Notes: generated from the letters alone by a model not told the origin. A stretch of 58,127 bases of DNA from Solirubrobacterales bacterium (GCA_049790835.1 JBAQZI010000147.1:1-58127); one strand, 5' to 3'; counted from the first letter of the stretch, positions 14,421 to 24,382 are shown. A program made the numbers and translations.

Positions 14421-15995
14421 GTGGAGAGTGGCACCGCCGAGACCAGCACGCAGGCGAACGAGGTCACGAACGGCGCTGGAGCGCCCGCGGCCGAGACGCT
14501 CGACGTCCACAACCCGGCGACCGGCGCGCTGATCGAGACGATCGCGGTCGACTCACCCCAGGTCGTTGCCGACACCGTCGCCCGGGTGCGCGCCAACCAG
14601 GCCGAGTGGGAGGCGATCGGGCTCGAGGGCCGCTACCACTGGCTCGGCAAGCTGCGCGACTGGATGCTCGACAACGCCGGGCGGATCGGCGACACGATGC
14701 AGGCCGAGACCGGCAAGGTCCGCGCCGACGCGACCACCGAGACGATCTACCTGACCGACCTGATCAACTTCTACGGCAGCAAGGCGGAGAAGTTCATCGG
14801 CGACGAAAGCGTCCGACCCCACTCGCCGCTGATGGCCGCGAAGAAGCTGACGATCCAGTACCGCCCCTACCCGGTGGTCGGGATCATCAGCCCCTGGAAC
14901 TTCCCCCTGACGCTCGCCCTCGGCGACGCGATTCCGGCCCTGCAGGCCGGCGCCGCGATGGTGATCAAGCCCTCCGAGTTCACGCCGCTGGGCCTGGCCG
15001 AGGTGGTCAAGGCCTGGAAGGAGGAGATCGGCGGCCCCGACGTGCTCGACTGCGTGCAGGGGATCGGCGCGACCGGTGGCGCCCTGGTCGACGCGGCCGA
15101 CTTCATCCAGTTCACCGGCTCCGACCGCACCGGCCGCAAGGTGATGGCGCGCGCCGCCGAGACGCTGACCCCGGTCAGCCTCGAGCTCGGCGGCAAGGAT
15201 CCGATGATCGTCCTCGCCGACGCCGACCTCGACCGCGCCGCCAACGCCGCGGCCTACGGCGGGATGATGAACTCCGGCCAGATCTGCATGTCGGTGGAGC
15301 GGATCTACGTCGAGGAGCCCGCCTACGACGAGTTCGTGCGGAAGCTGACCAAGGAGGTCAGCGGCCTGCGCCAGGGGGCCGACGGCAAGACGCCGGAAAA
15401 GGACGTCGGCGCGATGACCTCGCCGAACCAGACCGCGATCGTCGAGGACCACGTCGACGACGCCCTCGCCTCCGGCGCCAGGGCGCTGACCGGCGGCAAG
15501 CGGGTCGAGGGACCCGGCGACTACTTCGAACCGACCGTGCTGGTCGACGTCGACCACTCGATGAAGGTGATGCGCGACGAGACCTTCGGGCCGGTCGTCG
15601 GGGTGATGAAGGTGCGCGACTCCGAGGAGGCGCTGCGCTTCGCCAACGACACCCGCTACGGCCTCTCAGGCTCCGTCTTCGGTGAGAAGGAGCGAGCCGA
15701 GAAGGTCGCCCGCCGGGTCGAGTGCGGCGCCGTCAACGTCAACGACGTCCTCGTCAACTACCTGGCGATGGACGTGCCGATGGGCGGCTGGAAGGAGTCC
15801 GGCATCGGCTTCCGCCACGGCGAGTACGGGATCAAGAAGTATTGCCGGCCGGAGTCGATCGTGGCGACCCGCTTCGGCGGCAAGCGCGAGCCATCCTGGT
15901 TCCCCTACACGAAGACCCGCCGCGGGCTGGTCGGGCGGATCGCGCAGGCGTTCAATGCGCGGGACCTGAAGCGGCGGCTGGGGATGCGCGGCTGA
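14421..15995 (+). CDS. NAD(P)-dependent aldehyde dehydrogenase (succinate-semialdehyde dehydrogenase GabD2-like)
   Basis: ALDH motifs FTGS, ELGGKDP, MNSGQICMSVERIYV and ETFGPV, with a long GabD2-type C-terminal extension. Confidence 0.85.
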   Translation: MESGTAETSTQANEVTNGAGAPAAETLDVHNPATGALIETIAVDSPQVVADTVARVRANQAEWEAIGLEGRYHWLGKLRDWMLDNAGRIGDTMQAETGKVRADATTETIYLTDLINFYGSKAEKFIGDESVRPHSPLMAAKKLTIQYRPYPVVGIISPWNFPLTLALGDAIPALQAGAAMVIKPSEFTPLGLAEVVKAWKEEIGGPDVLDCVQGIGATGGALVDAADFIQFTGSDRTGRKVMARAAETLTPVSLELGGKDPMIVLADADLDRAANAAAYGGMMNSGQICMSVERIYVEEPAYDEFVRKLTKEVSGLRQGADGKTPEKDVGAMTSPNQTAIVEDHVDDALASGARALTGGKRVEGPGDYFEPTVLVDVDHSMKVMRDETFGPVVGVMKVRDSEEALRFANDTRYGLSGSVFGEKERAEKVARRVECGAVNVNDVLVNYLAMDVPMGGWKESGIGFRHGEYGIKKYCRPESIVATRFGGKREPSWFPYTKTRRGLVGRIAQAFNARDLKRRLGMRG

Positions 15996-16010
15996 GGGTT
16001 CGGGGCCCGC

Positions 16011-16368
16011 GGGGAGGGAGGTCGGTACCCCTCCGCGTGAATTTGTCGCTCCGCGCCCATAGATGAGTAGTTCCGCGGTTCCTTATCCACGCATATCGTC
16101 GGAAACGAACCGCGGAACGCGGCCGGATGGTTCCGCGGTTCGCTATCCACGCATATGGTGGGAAAGGAACCGCGGAACTCGTTCGCTCGGCGCGCTGGCT
16201 GGGCCCCGCCAGATCCTTCAGAGGCGGTGCTAGTGAGCACCGCCGACTTCGACCGCGTTGCTCAATCCACCTTCCGCCCCTCTTGGCCGGGTGGTTCGTG
16301 GAACTGCTCGTCTAGCTAGGGCGCGGAGCGACAAATTCGAATGGAGGGCAACCAGACCCCTCCCTCGC
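16011..16368. mobile_element. MITE-like non-coding element (358 bp) with about 48-bp imperfect terminal inverted repeats
   Basis: Left end GGGGAGGGAGGTCGGTACCCCTCCGCGTGAATTTGTCGCTCCGCGCCC. Reverse complement of the right end GCGAGGGAGGGGTCTGGTTGCCCTCCATTCGAATTTGTCGCTCCGCGCCC. The terminal 20 nt are identical (16039-16058 versus 16319-16338). No ORF and lower GC inside. No clear target-site duplication. Confidence 0.6.
16070..16178. repeat. two tandem 49-nt hairpin units (period 60 nt) inside the MITE-like element
   Basis: GTTCCGCGGTTC-N25-GAACCGCGGAAC at 16070-16118 and 16130-16178. The loops share ATCCACGCATAT. A degenerate box GTTCGTGGAAC sits at 16293-16303. Confidence 0.85.
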
Positions 16369-16411
16369 ACGCGATTCGCGCAACTGGGCGCCCCGGTAGC
16401 CTCCTAAGTTC

Positions 16412-19400
16412 ATGCCCGACCGAGATTTCATAGCCGCGACCAAGGAGCGCGTTGTCGTCTTCGACGGCGGCATGGGCGCCACCCTGGAGATGTTCGACCT
16501 CAGCCAGGAGGACTACGGCGGCCTGCAGGGCAAGTGCCACGAGGCCCTGGTGCTGAACCGCCCCGACGTGATCGAGGGCGTCCACGGCTCGATGCTCGAG
16601 GCCGGCGCCGAGGTGGTCGAGACCGACACCTTCCAGGCCTCGCGGCTGAAGCTCGAGGAGTGGGGCCTCGGCGAGCACACGCTGGAGATCAACGTCAAGG
16701 CGGCTGAAATCGCCCGCAAGGCGGCCGGCGAGAACCGCTTCGTCGCCGGCTCGATCGGGCCAACCGGCTTCCTGCCGGCCTCGACCGACCCGACCCTGGG
16801 CGACATCTCCTTCGCCACCCTGGTCGAGGTCTTCGCCGAACAGGCCCGCGGCCTGGTCGAAGGCGGGGCCGACCTGATCATCGTCGAGACCGCGCAGGAC
16901 ATCCTCGAGGTCAAGGCGGCGATCTTCGGCGCCCGTGAGGCCTTTGCCCAGAGCGGCCGCACGCTGCCGATCCAGACCAGCGTCTCCCTCCTCCCCAACG
17001 GCGGCAAGATGCTGCTCGGGACCGATATCCAGGCGGTGCTGACGACGTTGCGGGCGCTCGACGTCGACGTGATCGGGCTCAACTGCTCGACCGGGCCCGA
17101 GGACATGCGCGACGCGATCCGCTTCCTCGGCGAGACCAGCCCGCTGCCGGTCCACTGCATTCCCAACGCCGGCCTGCCCCTGCAGGGCCCCGACGGCGAG
17201 ACGATCTTCCCCGAAAAGCCGGGCCCGCTGGCGGCGACGCTGGGTGAGTTCGTCGAGCGCTACGGCGTCGGCATCGTCGGCGGCTGCTGCGGGACCACGC
17301 CCGAGCACATCGCCGCGATCGCCGCCGAGGTCAAGGGCAAGGTCCCCGGCGAGCGCCCCGCCCCGGGCCCGATCGAGGTCTCCTCGATGATGACCTCGAC
17401 CGCCCTGGTGCAGGAGCCGCGCCCGACCTTGGTCGGCGAGCGGGTCAACTCGCAGGGCTCGCGCAAGGCCAAGGAGCTGCTGCTCGCCGACGACTACGAC
17501 GGCCTCGTCCAGGTCGCCGAAGACCAGGTCGAAGGCGGCGCCCACGTGCTCGACCTCTGCGTGGCGCTGACCGAGCGCCAGGACGAGGACGAGCAGATGA
17601 GCGCGATCGCGAAGCGGGTCTCGCTGACCCAGCCGACGCCAATCCAGATCGACTCGACCGAACCGGAGGTGCTGAAGGCGGCGCTGGAGACGATCCCCGG
17701 GCGGGCGATCGTCAACTCGATCAACCTCGAGGCCGGGCGCGACAAGGCCGACAAGGTGATTCCGCTGGCCAAGGCCCACGGCGCGGCGCTGATCGCGCTG
17801 ACGATCGACGAGGTCGGGATGGCGAAGACGGCGCAGCGCAAGGTCGAGATCGCCGAACGGCTGCGCGACATCGCCTGCGGCGAGCACGGCCTCGACCCGG
17901 AGGCGCTGATCTTCGACGCCCTCACCTTCACCCTGACCACCGGCGACGAGGAGTGGCGGCCCTCGGCGGTGGAGACGATCGAGGGGATCCGCCGGATCAA
18001 GGCCGAGATCCCCGGCGTCAAGACCTCGCTCGGCGTCTCCAACGTCTCCTTCGGCGTCTCGCCGCGGCCGCGCGCCGTGCTCAACTCGGTCTTCCTGCAC
18101 CACTGCGTCGAGGCCGGGCTCGACCTGGCGATGGTCAACCCGAACCACATCACGCCCTATAGCGAGATCTCCGACGAGGAGCGCGCGCTGACCGACGACC
18201 TCGTCTTCAACCGCAGCGAGGACGCGCTGGAGAAGTTCATCGCCCACTTCGAGTCCCAGGGCGAGGAGGCCGAGGCCGAGGTCGCCGACCCGACCGCCGG
18301 CATGGAGCCCGAGGAGGCCCTGCACTGGCACATTCTGCGCCGCAAGAAGGACGGAGTAGAGGACCAGATCGAGCGCTCAGTCGGGAAGATCGGCGCCGTC
18401 CCGACCCTGAACGAGGTGCTGCTGCCGGCGATGAAGGAGGTCGGCGACAAATTCGGCGCCGGCGAACTGATCCTGCCCTTCGTCCTGCAGTCGGCCGAAG
18501 TGATGAAGCGCGCCGTCGCCCAGCTCGAGAACCACCTGGACCGGATCGACGGACACACCAAGGGCAAGGTCGTGATCGCGACCGTCTTCGGCGACGTCCA
18601 CGACATCGGCAAGTCGCTCGTCAACACGATCCTCACCAACAACGGCTACACCGTGATCGACCTCGGCAAGCAGGTCCCGATCGACACGATCATCGAGGCC
18701 GCGGTCGAGAACGAGGCCGACGCGATCGGCCTCTCGGCGTTGCTGGTCTCGACCTCGAAGCAGATGCCGGCCTGCATCCAGGAGCTGCACCAGCGCGGGC
18801 TCGAGTTCCCGGTGCTGATCGGCGGCGCCGCGATCAACCGCGACTTCGGCCGCCGCACCCTCTACCCCAAGGGCCGCGAGTCCGACGACATCTACGAGCC
18901 CGGTGTCTTCTACTGCAAGGACGCCTTCCAGGGCCTCGACACGATGGACGCGCTGGTCGACGAGCCGGCCCGCGCCGCGCTGGTCGAGCGGATCCGGGCC
19001 GAGGCCAAGCAGCTGCGCGAGAAGCCGGTCGTGGTCGACGACTCGCCGCCGGTCACCGACGCCAGCGTGCGCTCGGCCACCGCCACCGACAATCCGATTC
19101 CCGAGCCCCCCTACTGGGGCGTGCGCGAGCGGCCGGTCGGCTTCGACGAGTTCTTCCCCTACCTCGATCGCCACGTCCTCTTCAAGCTGCACTGGGGCGG
19201 GCGCGGGGTCAAGGGCGAGGCCTGGCGCGAGCTGGTCGAGGGGACCGACGAGGAGGAGGGCTTCGCGCCGCGGCTGGAGCGGATGTGGCGGGAGCAGGAC
19301 TACCTCCACCCGCGGGTCCGGCTCGGCTTCTTCCCCTGCAATTCCGACGGCAACGAGCTGGTCGTCTTCGACCCCGAGGACCCCGAGCGCGAGCTCGAGC

Positions 19401-19975
19401 GCCTGGTCTTCCCGCGCCAGCCCAAGCACGACCGCATCTGCCTCGCCGACTTCTACCGGCCGCTCGACTCCGGCGAACGCGACGTCGTCGCCCTGCAGGG
19501 AGTGACCGTGGGGCCCGAGGTGACCGAGCTGATCGAACGCCTCGAGCGCGAGGGCGAGTTCGCCGAACAGCTCTACGTCCACGGCCTCGGCGTGCAGTCG
19601 GCCGAGGGACTGGCCGAGTGGACGCACTCGGAGGCGCGTCGCGAGCTCGGCATCGACGCCGACCAGGGCCGCCGCTACTCCTGGGGCTACCCCGCCTGCC
19701 CGGAGCAGTCCGAGCACGAGAAAGTCTGGCGCCTGCTCGACCTCGAAGAGATCGGGATGACCCTCTCCGGCGGCTACGCCGTGATGCCCGAGCAGTCGAC
19801 GGTGGCGATCGTCGCCCATCATCCCCAGGCCGTCTACTTCGGCATGAAGTCCGGCTTCATCCCGGCGGAGAAGGCGCCGGACGAGCTGATCGCCGGCACC
19901 GACCGCGGTGGCGAGCTGCCGCCGGAGGTCGATCCGGACGAGGACGCGGCCGAGCCGGCCACGGCCAGCGCCTAA
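16412..19975 (+). CDS. metH: cobalamin-dependent methionine synthase
   Basis: 1187 aa with the full domain order: Hcy-binding (GLNCSTGP), pterin-binding, B12-binding (GDVHDIGK) and the AdoMet activation domain. Confidence 0.95.
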   Translation: MPDRDFIAATKERVVVFDGGMGATLEMFDLSQEDYGGLQGKCHEALVLNRPDVIEGVHGSMLEAGAEVVETDTFQASRLKLEEWGLGEHTLEINVKAAEIARKAAGENRFVAGSIGPTGFLPASTDPTLGDISFATLVEVFAEQARGLVEGGADLIIVETAQDILEVKAAIFGAREAFAQSGRTLPIQTSVSLLPNGGKMLLGTDIQAVLTTLRALDVDVIGLNCSTGPEDMRDAIRFLGETSPLPVHCIPNAGLPLQGPDGETIFPEKPGPLAATLGEFVERYGVGIVGGCCGTTPEHIAAIAAEVKGKVPGERPAPGPIEVSSMMTSTALVQEPRPTLVGERVNSQGSRKAKELLLADDYDGLVQVAEDQVEGGAHVLDLCVALTERQDEDEQMSAIAKRVSLTQPTPIQIDSTEPEVLKAALETIPGRAIVNSINLEAGRDKADKVIPLAKAHGAALIALTIDEVGMAKTAQRKVEIAERLRDIACGEHGLDPEALIFDALTFTLTTGDEEWRPSAVETIEGIRRIKAEIPGVKTSLGVSNVSFGVSPRPRAVLNSVFLHHCVEAGLDLAMVNPNHITPYSEISDEERALTDDLVFNRSEDALEKFIAHFESQGEEAEAEVADPTAGMEPEEALHWHILRRKKDGVEDQIERSVGKIGAVPTLNEVLLPAMKEVGDKFGAGELILPFVLQSAEVMKRAVAQLENHLDRIDGHTKGKVVIATVFGDVHDIGKSLVNTILTNNGYTVIDLGKQVPIDTIIEAAVENEADAIGLSALLVSTSKQMPACIQELHQRGLEFPVLIGGAAINRDFGRRTLYPKGRESDDIYEPGVFYCKDAFQGLDTMDALVDEPARAALVERIRAEAKQLREKPVVVDDSPPVTDASVRSATATDNPIPEPPYWGVRERPVGFDEFFPYLDRHVLFKLHWGGRGVKGEAWRELVEGTDEEEGFAPRLERMWREQDYLHPRVRLGFFPCNSDGNELVVFDPEDPERELERLVFPRQPKHDRICLADFYRPLDSGERDVVALQGVTVGPEVTELIERLEREGEFAEQLYVHGLGVQSAEGLAEWTHSEARRELGIDADQGRRYSWGYPACPEQSEHEKVWRLLDLEEIGMTLSGGYAVMPEQSTVAIVAHHPQAVYFGMKSGFIPAEKAPDELIAGTDRGGELPPEVDPDEDAAEPATASA

Positions 19976-19989
19976 CCCCCGGACGTCCG

Positions 19990-20853
19990 CTACTCGATGA
20001 CCTCGGCGGGGTGCAGCGCCGGGCGCTGCCAGTTGCGGCTCTTGTAGGCCTCCTCGAAACCGGCCCGTCGCAGGTTGCGATAGGCACGCGAGATGCCCTC
20101 CGGCTCACCTTCGCCCAGTTCGACGAAGACCGTGTGGCAGCCCGCCTCGACCGCGTCGAGCAGCCGGCGCCGCAGCAGCTCCGTGTTGCAGCCGCGACCG
20201 CGCCCGTGCTCGAGCGTGGTGTCGGGGCCGAACTGGGCCACGCCCTCGTCGATCAGCATCGAGCCGGCAGCGACGATCTCGCCCTCCGGAGCGAGGGCGG
20301 CCGTGTAGCAGCGCCAGCGCTCTTCCTGCGGCAGCGAGAAGAAGAGGGTTCCCGCGGTCACCGGCAGATCGAGCGCCTCGGCGACGATCGAGCTGAAGCC
20401 TTCGCCGTCGGCTTCATGCTCGCCGAGCTCGAAGACCGTCACGTCGGGGTTGGCCGGAAGGTCGGGCGGCGACACCTCACGGACCAGTTTCGCCCAACCG
20501 CTGCCGCGCTCGTAGCCGCGGGTGCTGAGCCAGGACTCCGCCTCCTCCGCCCCCGGCCGGCACTCGGCTACCGGCACCCGGTAATCGACCTCCCAACCCC
20601 GCATCCATTCGATGGCTTCCGACAGGTAACCGCCCTCGATCGCCCCGGGCTCCGCCGCCCCCTGGATCTGGTTGAGGCTGTGAACCTGAGGCAGGTCGCC
20701 GAAAGCGGCCGCCTGGACGGGTCCGAAACTCCTGATTTCGACACCGGATTCGACTACCGCGTCAGGCGTAACCGACTTCCAGGTGTCGCGCCAAAACCGC
20801 TGCGCGACGCGCTCCAGCAAAGCGGCGTCGTATTCCAATTCACCCCACCCCAA
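19990..20853 (-). CDS. GNAT-family N-acetyltransferase
   Basis: The C-terminal half has LEHGRGRGCNTELLRRRLLDAVEAGCHTVFV (Q/R-x-x-G-x-G/A acetyl-CoA motif). TTG start. Confidence 0.6.
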   Translation of the reverse strand: MGWGELEYDAALLERVAQRFWRDTWKSVTPDAVVESGVEIRSFGPVQAAAFGDLPQVHSLNQIQGAAEPGAIEGGYLSEAIEWMRGWEVDYRVPVAECRPGAEEAESWLSTRGYERGSGWAKLVREVSPPDLPANPDVTVFELGEHEADGEGFSSIVAEALDLPVTAGTLFFSLPQEERWRCYTAALAPEGEIVAAGSMLIDEGVAQFGPDTTLEHGRGRGCNTELLRRRLLDAVEAGCHTVFVELGEGEPEGISRAYRNLRRAGFEEAYKSRNWQRPALHPAEVIE

Positions 20854-20876
20854 ATCGAAGTCTGTACTCGTTGGTG

Positions 20877-20906
20877 ACTCTATGCGTACGTCTCGTTATT
20901 CGTCAA
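20877..20906 (-). promoter_or_regulatory. candidate promoter TTGACG-N18-TAGAGT for the GNAT gene (short leader)
   Basis: Read on the minus strand in an AT-richer intergenic island. The -10 ends about 22 nt upstream of the TTG start. Confidence 0.3.
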
Positions 20907-20968
20907 GGAATTACCGCTTGAGACTCGATTTTTTGCGCACCTCGCTGTTTACCGGTGCCGAACGGGCC

Positions 20969-21979
20969 TCAGCGATCGCCAAAAAGGGCGAAGTGCATGC
21001 CGGTGACGAGGTCGAGAGCGAGCTGAGGATTGACGCCGCCGATCCGCAGGTCCTCGATCCGGCCGTCGATGACGACATCGAGCCAGGTCTCTGGGGCGCC
21101 AACCGCCCAAGTAGTCGGTTCGGCGCCGATCTCGGGCGTACACGAGGCAACCTGACCGCGGTCGACCTCAACCGTGACTCCGGCGAGCCTCGGCTCCTCC
21201 TCACCAGGCTCCCGCGGGTCGGTCTGCACGGCCAGCATGCAGCTGCCGCGGGCGCTCCTGCGCAGGGGAGCCAGCGAAACCACCAGCAGAAACGAGGCCT
21301 CGACCTCGATCGCGGTTATCGGGCCGCTCTCCTCCTCCAGATGCCGGCGCTCGCAGCGGCCGGCGGCGCAGAGCGGCGCGATCGAGTACCGCAGCCAATC
21401 GGTCACCACATAGGGGGTGCCCCTCCCCGCCTTTCTCACCGGCTCGATCTGGCCGGTCGCTCGCATCCAGGAGACGCGACGCTCCAACGAGGCATAGCTG
21501 ACGCCGGGAATGAAGCTGTCGAGCTCGGCCAGGGTGAAGGGCCGGTTGGCCAGCCCGTGCATCAGGGTCGAGCTCCAGCCACCGCCAAGCGCCTTGACCG
21601 CTTCCCTGGCCTCCTCGCTGTCGGGGGCGATCGGGCCAGCCGGGCAGCGCGCCAGCCAAGCCTCTACCTCGGCGGCCACGAACAGCATCCCCTCGCCCGC
21701 CCGGCTGAGAACCGTGGCGGCGGAGGTCGAGTTCCCAGCCGAGGGCCTGGCCAGCGCACCGTTGGCGCGCAGGTTGGCGACGGCGGCCCGCACGGTGCTG
21801 GGCGCGGACGGGCCGACCGACTCCTGCAACTCGCCGAGGCGCATCGGTCCGTCGATGTGGGCGCGAAGGAGCCGCGCGTTCAACGGGTTCTCGAAGAGCG
21901 ACAGCACGCGGCTGCCAGCGCGAATCTCGCCGTCGGGCCAGGCGGTGGCGCTGACCGTTGCCATCTGCTGCGGAGCCAC
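20969..21979 (-). CDS. winged-helix (HxlR-like) transcriptional regulator with a C-terminal SCP2-like domain
   Basis: Two wHTH-like segments (PMRLGELQESVG..; FTLAELDSFIPGVSYASLERRVSWM..). The C-terminus WLDVVIDGRIEDLRIGGVNPQLALDL resembles an SCP2 fold. The start is GTG 21979 or ATG 21964. Confidence 0.5.
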   Translation of the reverse strand: MAPQQMATVSATAWPDGEIRAGSRVLSLFENPLNARLLRAHIDGPMRLGELQESVGPSAPSTVRAAVANLRANGALARPSAGNSTSAATVLSRAGEGMLFVAAEVEAWLARCPAGPIAPDSEEAREAVKALGGGWSSTLMHGLANRPFTLAELDSFIPGVSYASLERRVSWMRATGQIEPVRKAGRGTPYVVTDWLRYSIAPLCAAGRCERRHLEEESGPITAIEVEASFLLVVSLAPLRRSARGSCMLAVQTDPREPGEEEPRLAGVTVEVDRGQVASCTPEIGAEPTTWAVGAPETWLDVVIDGRIEDLRIGGVNPQLALDLVTGMHFALFGDR

Positions 21980-22057
21980 CCCTTCCGGTCGGTTTTGCGC
22001 AACTCCGAAACATCCTAAATCAATGCATAAGATTCTTAACGTATAGACATTTGTTGC

Positions 22058-24382
22058 CTAAATAACGCCCTCGCGACTGGAGCCGGGGCGCTCACGCGGC
22101 TTCGACTCGAGATGCACCGGCGCGGCTGAAAGGGCCTGCACCCGCAGGTCGCTCCAGGTGAGGCCCTCGCGAACGAGGGCGGGAAGGCCCAAGGCAACGG
22201 CGGTGGCGATCTCGACCGCCTGCAGGATCACCCCATATGCGAGCGCGTCGGCGGTGCTGACGTCGAAGCCGGTGTGGAGGACGCTGATCACAGCCAGCTG
22301 GAAGACGCCGATGTTCGACGGGGTCGCCGGCACGACCGCCGTGACGTTGACCGCGAAGAGAACGGCCGCGGCGGCGCCGACCCCGGCCTTGCCGTCGAGC
22401 CCCAGCGCGTAGAGCAGCGCCCAGCAAGCGGCGAGCTGGATCGCCCAGGCACCGAGCTGGGCGGCCGCGGCGGCGGTACCGCGGCGCGGATCGCGGAAGA
22501 CGGCGAGTCCGGCCCGAACCTGGACCAGCGCCCGGTGCAGAGTGGCGCCGGCGCGGGCGAGGCGGCCGTTGCCGTTGCGCCGCATCAGCATCGGCGCGAC
22601 CAGGACGACGACCAGCAGCAGTAGCGGCACGAGGCTGAAGACGAAGATCTTCTGGGTGCCGGAATGGAAGAGCGGCGTCGAGGAGACGATGATCACTCCG
22701 AGCAGCGCCAGCGCCACCAAGTTGAGCATCGTCTGCGAAACCAGGGTCCCGAGCAGGACCGGGAAGGTTTCGCGCATGCGGCCCGTACGGCGGGCGAGGG
22801 CGAGGGCGCGCGCCGGCTCCCCGAGGCGAGCCGGCAGGGTCGCCGACATCAGCACGCCGATCATCGTCGCCGAGGTCACGTCGCGGCGGCGGACGGAACG
22901 GTTGGGCAGTGCCGCGCGGGCGATCCAGTACCAGGAGGCCGCACGGAAGAAGAGCGAGGAGGCCATCAGGGCACAGGCGATCAACACCCAGGTGAGGTTC
23001 GAGCGAACGATGCTCTCGACCACGTTGTCGACCCCGATCTTCTGCGCGGCGAGCACGGTCAGGCCGATCCCGAGGCCGCCGGCGACGACCAGTCCGACCC
23101 GCCGGGCGACCGCTCGGCCGCGCTTGCCCGTCTGGGCCGGTGCCGGGTCCAGCGACGGCAGCTTCTGAGCCGGACGGCGGGGCCCGCCGTCAGCGGGCCG
23201 AATACCGGCCCAGTGGGTGGCGCGCTCGGCGACCCCGAATGGCTGCGGCGTCGCGATCGCCCGCTCGTAGACCTTGGTCACCTGGTCGGCGACGTTGGTC
23301 CAGGCGTAGCGCTGGGCGCTGCGCCTGGCGGCCTCTCCCATCGCCGCCAGGCGATCGGGTTCGTGATGAGCGCGCTGCAGCTCCTCGGCCAACCGCTGCG
23401 GATCCCCGGGCGGTACCAGCAGGCCGTCGACGCCATCGCTGACGACATCGCTGTAGCCGGCGATGTTGGAGGCGATCACCGGCGTGCCGGCGGCGAAGGC
23501 CTCGGTCAGCACCATGCCGAAGCTCTCGCCCGAGAGCGAGGGCGCGCAGAGGACGTCGGCCCCGTGCAACTCGGCCCAGAGGCTGTCGCCGGAGACGCGA
23601 CCGCGGATGTCGATCCAGCGCAGCAGCTCGGGATCGGCGAGGTAGCGCAACACGTCCTCGCGATCGGCGCCGATCACGGTGAGCCGGCAGGGGACGTGCT
23701 CGACCAGGGCGCCGAAGGCGGTCAGCAGGATCGGCAGGCCCTTGCGCTCCTCCGGGCGGCCGACGAAGAGGATGCGCAGCTCGCCGGCCGTCGTCGACGG
23801 CGCGCTCGGCGCCGCGTCGACGTCGACCCCATTGGGAATGATCGTGTAGTCGCCGCCGTACCAGCGGCGGCCGGTCCAGGCGGCCGCCTCGGAGACGGCG
23901 ATCCGGGCCGCGAGGCGGTTGAACATGCGGCGGGCGCCGAGCGAGTTCGCGATGTAGTTGGGCATCGGCTTGGTCGAGTAGGCGTGGAAGGTGCCGACGA
24001 CCGGCGTCCTCGCCCCGAGGGTCGCGTTCCAGCCGACCAGCGGCGCCAGCGGCTCGTGGACGTGGATGAGGTCGAATTCCTCCCGGCGCACCTCGCGGCG
24101 GGGCGCCACCACTCCACCGGCCGGGAACGGCGCCAGGTTGCCCACGGAGCCATTGACGCCGAAACCCATCGTCCGCCCCAGCGGCGTCACGTAGTCCGGC
24201 AGCGGGCGCGGTTCGGGCGCCGCTCGGTGCAGGGCCCGACTGACCCGGCCTGGCGGGTCGTAGGGAGCGAGCACGCGAACGTCGTGGCCACGGCCGAGAA
24301 ACTCCTCGGCAAGCGCCTCCACGTGCCGGTTCACGCCCCCCTGGTAAGACCAGGAATATGGCGAGACGAGAGCTATGCGCAC
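22058..24382 (-). CDS. fusion protein: GT4 glycosyltransferase (PimA-like) plus a lysyl-PG-synthase-TM / flippase-like (UPF0104) membrane domain
   Basis: N-terminus MRIALVSPYSWSYQGGVNRHV...ESFGMVLTEAFAAGTPVIAS is a GT4 E-x7-E region. The C-terminal 350 aa or so form about 8 TM helices with the RAASWYW... pattern of the flippase-like domain. Confidence 0.75.
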   Translation of the reverse strand: MRIALVSPYSWSYQGGVNRHVEALAEEFLGRGHDVRVLAPYDPPGRVSRALHRAAPEPRPLPDYVTPLGRTMGFGVNGSVGNLAPFPAGGVVAPRREVRREEFDLIHVHEPLAPLVGWNATLGARTPVVGTFHAYSTKPMPNYIANSLGARRMFNRLAARIAVSEAAAWTGRRWYGGDYTIIPNGVDVDAAPSAPSTTAGELRILFVGRPEERKGLPILLTAFGALVEHVPCRLTVIGADREDVLRYLADPELLRWIDIRGRVSGDSLWAELHGADVLCAPSLSGESFGMVLTEAFAAGTPVIASNIAGYSDVVSDGVDGLLVPPGDPQRLAEELQRAHHEPDRLAAMGEAARRSAQRYAWTNVADQVTKVYERAIATPQPFGVAERATHWAGIRPADGGPRRPAQKLPSLDPAPAQTGKRGRAVARRVGLVVAGGLGIGLTVLAAQKIGVDNVVESIVRSNLTWVLIACALMASSLFFRAASWYWIARAALPNRSVRRRDVTSATMIGVLMSATLPARLGEPARALALARRTGRMRETFPVLLGTLVSQTMLNLVALALLGVIIVSSTPLFHSGTQKIFVFSLVPLLLLVVVLVAPMLMRRNGNGRLARAGATLHRALVQVRAGLAVFRDPRRGTAAAAAQLGAWAIQLAACWALLYALGLDGKAGVGAAAAVLFAVNVTAVVPATPSNIGVFQLAVISVLHTGFDVSTADALAYGVILQAVEIATAVALGLPALVREGLTWSDLRVQALSAAPVHLESKPRERPGSSREGVI

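Noticed and set aside
16070-16178. A CRISPR array.
   Set aside because: There are only two repeat units, the repeats are themselves long hairpins with an 11-nt gap between units instead of spacers, and no cas genes are present in the window.
15905-16240. ORF with an internally repeated peptide (FRGSFPTICVD.EPRN twice).
   Set aside because: It is the translation of the tandem 49-nt hairpin repeat. It has low GC3, no RBS and no coding signal outside the repeat.
15996-16411. A cobalamin or SAM riboswitch upstream of metH.
   Set aside because: I could not find a B12 box (GCCACTG-like) or recognisable SAM-I/SAM-IV core sequences. The region is better explained by the terminal inverted repeats and tandem hairpins. 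A covariance-model scan (Rfam) would be the decisive test.
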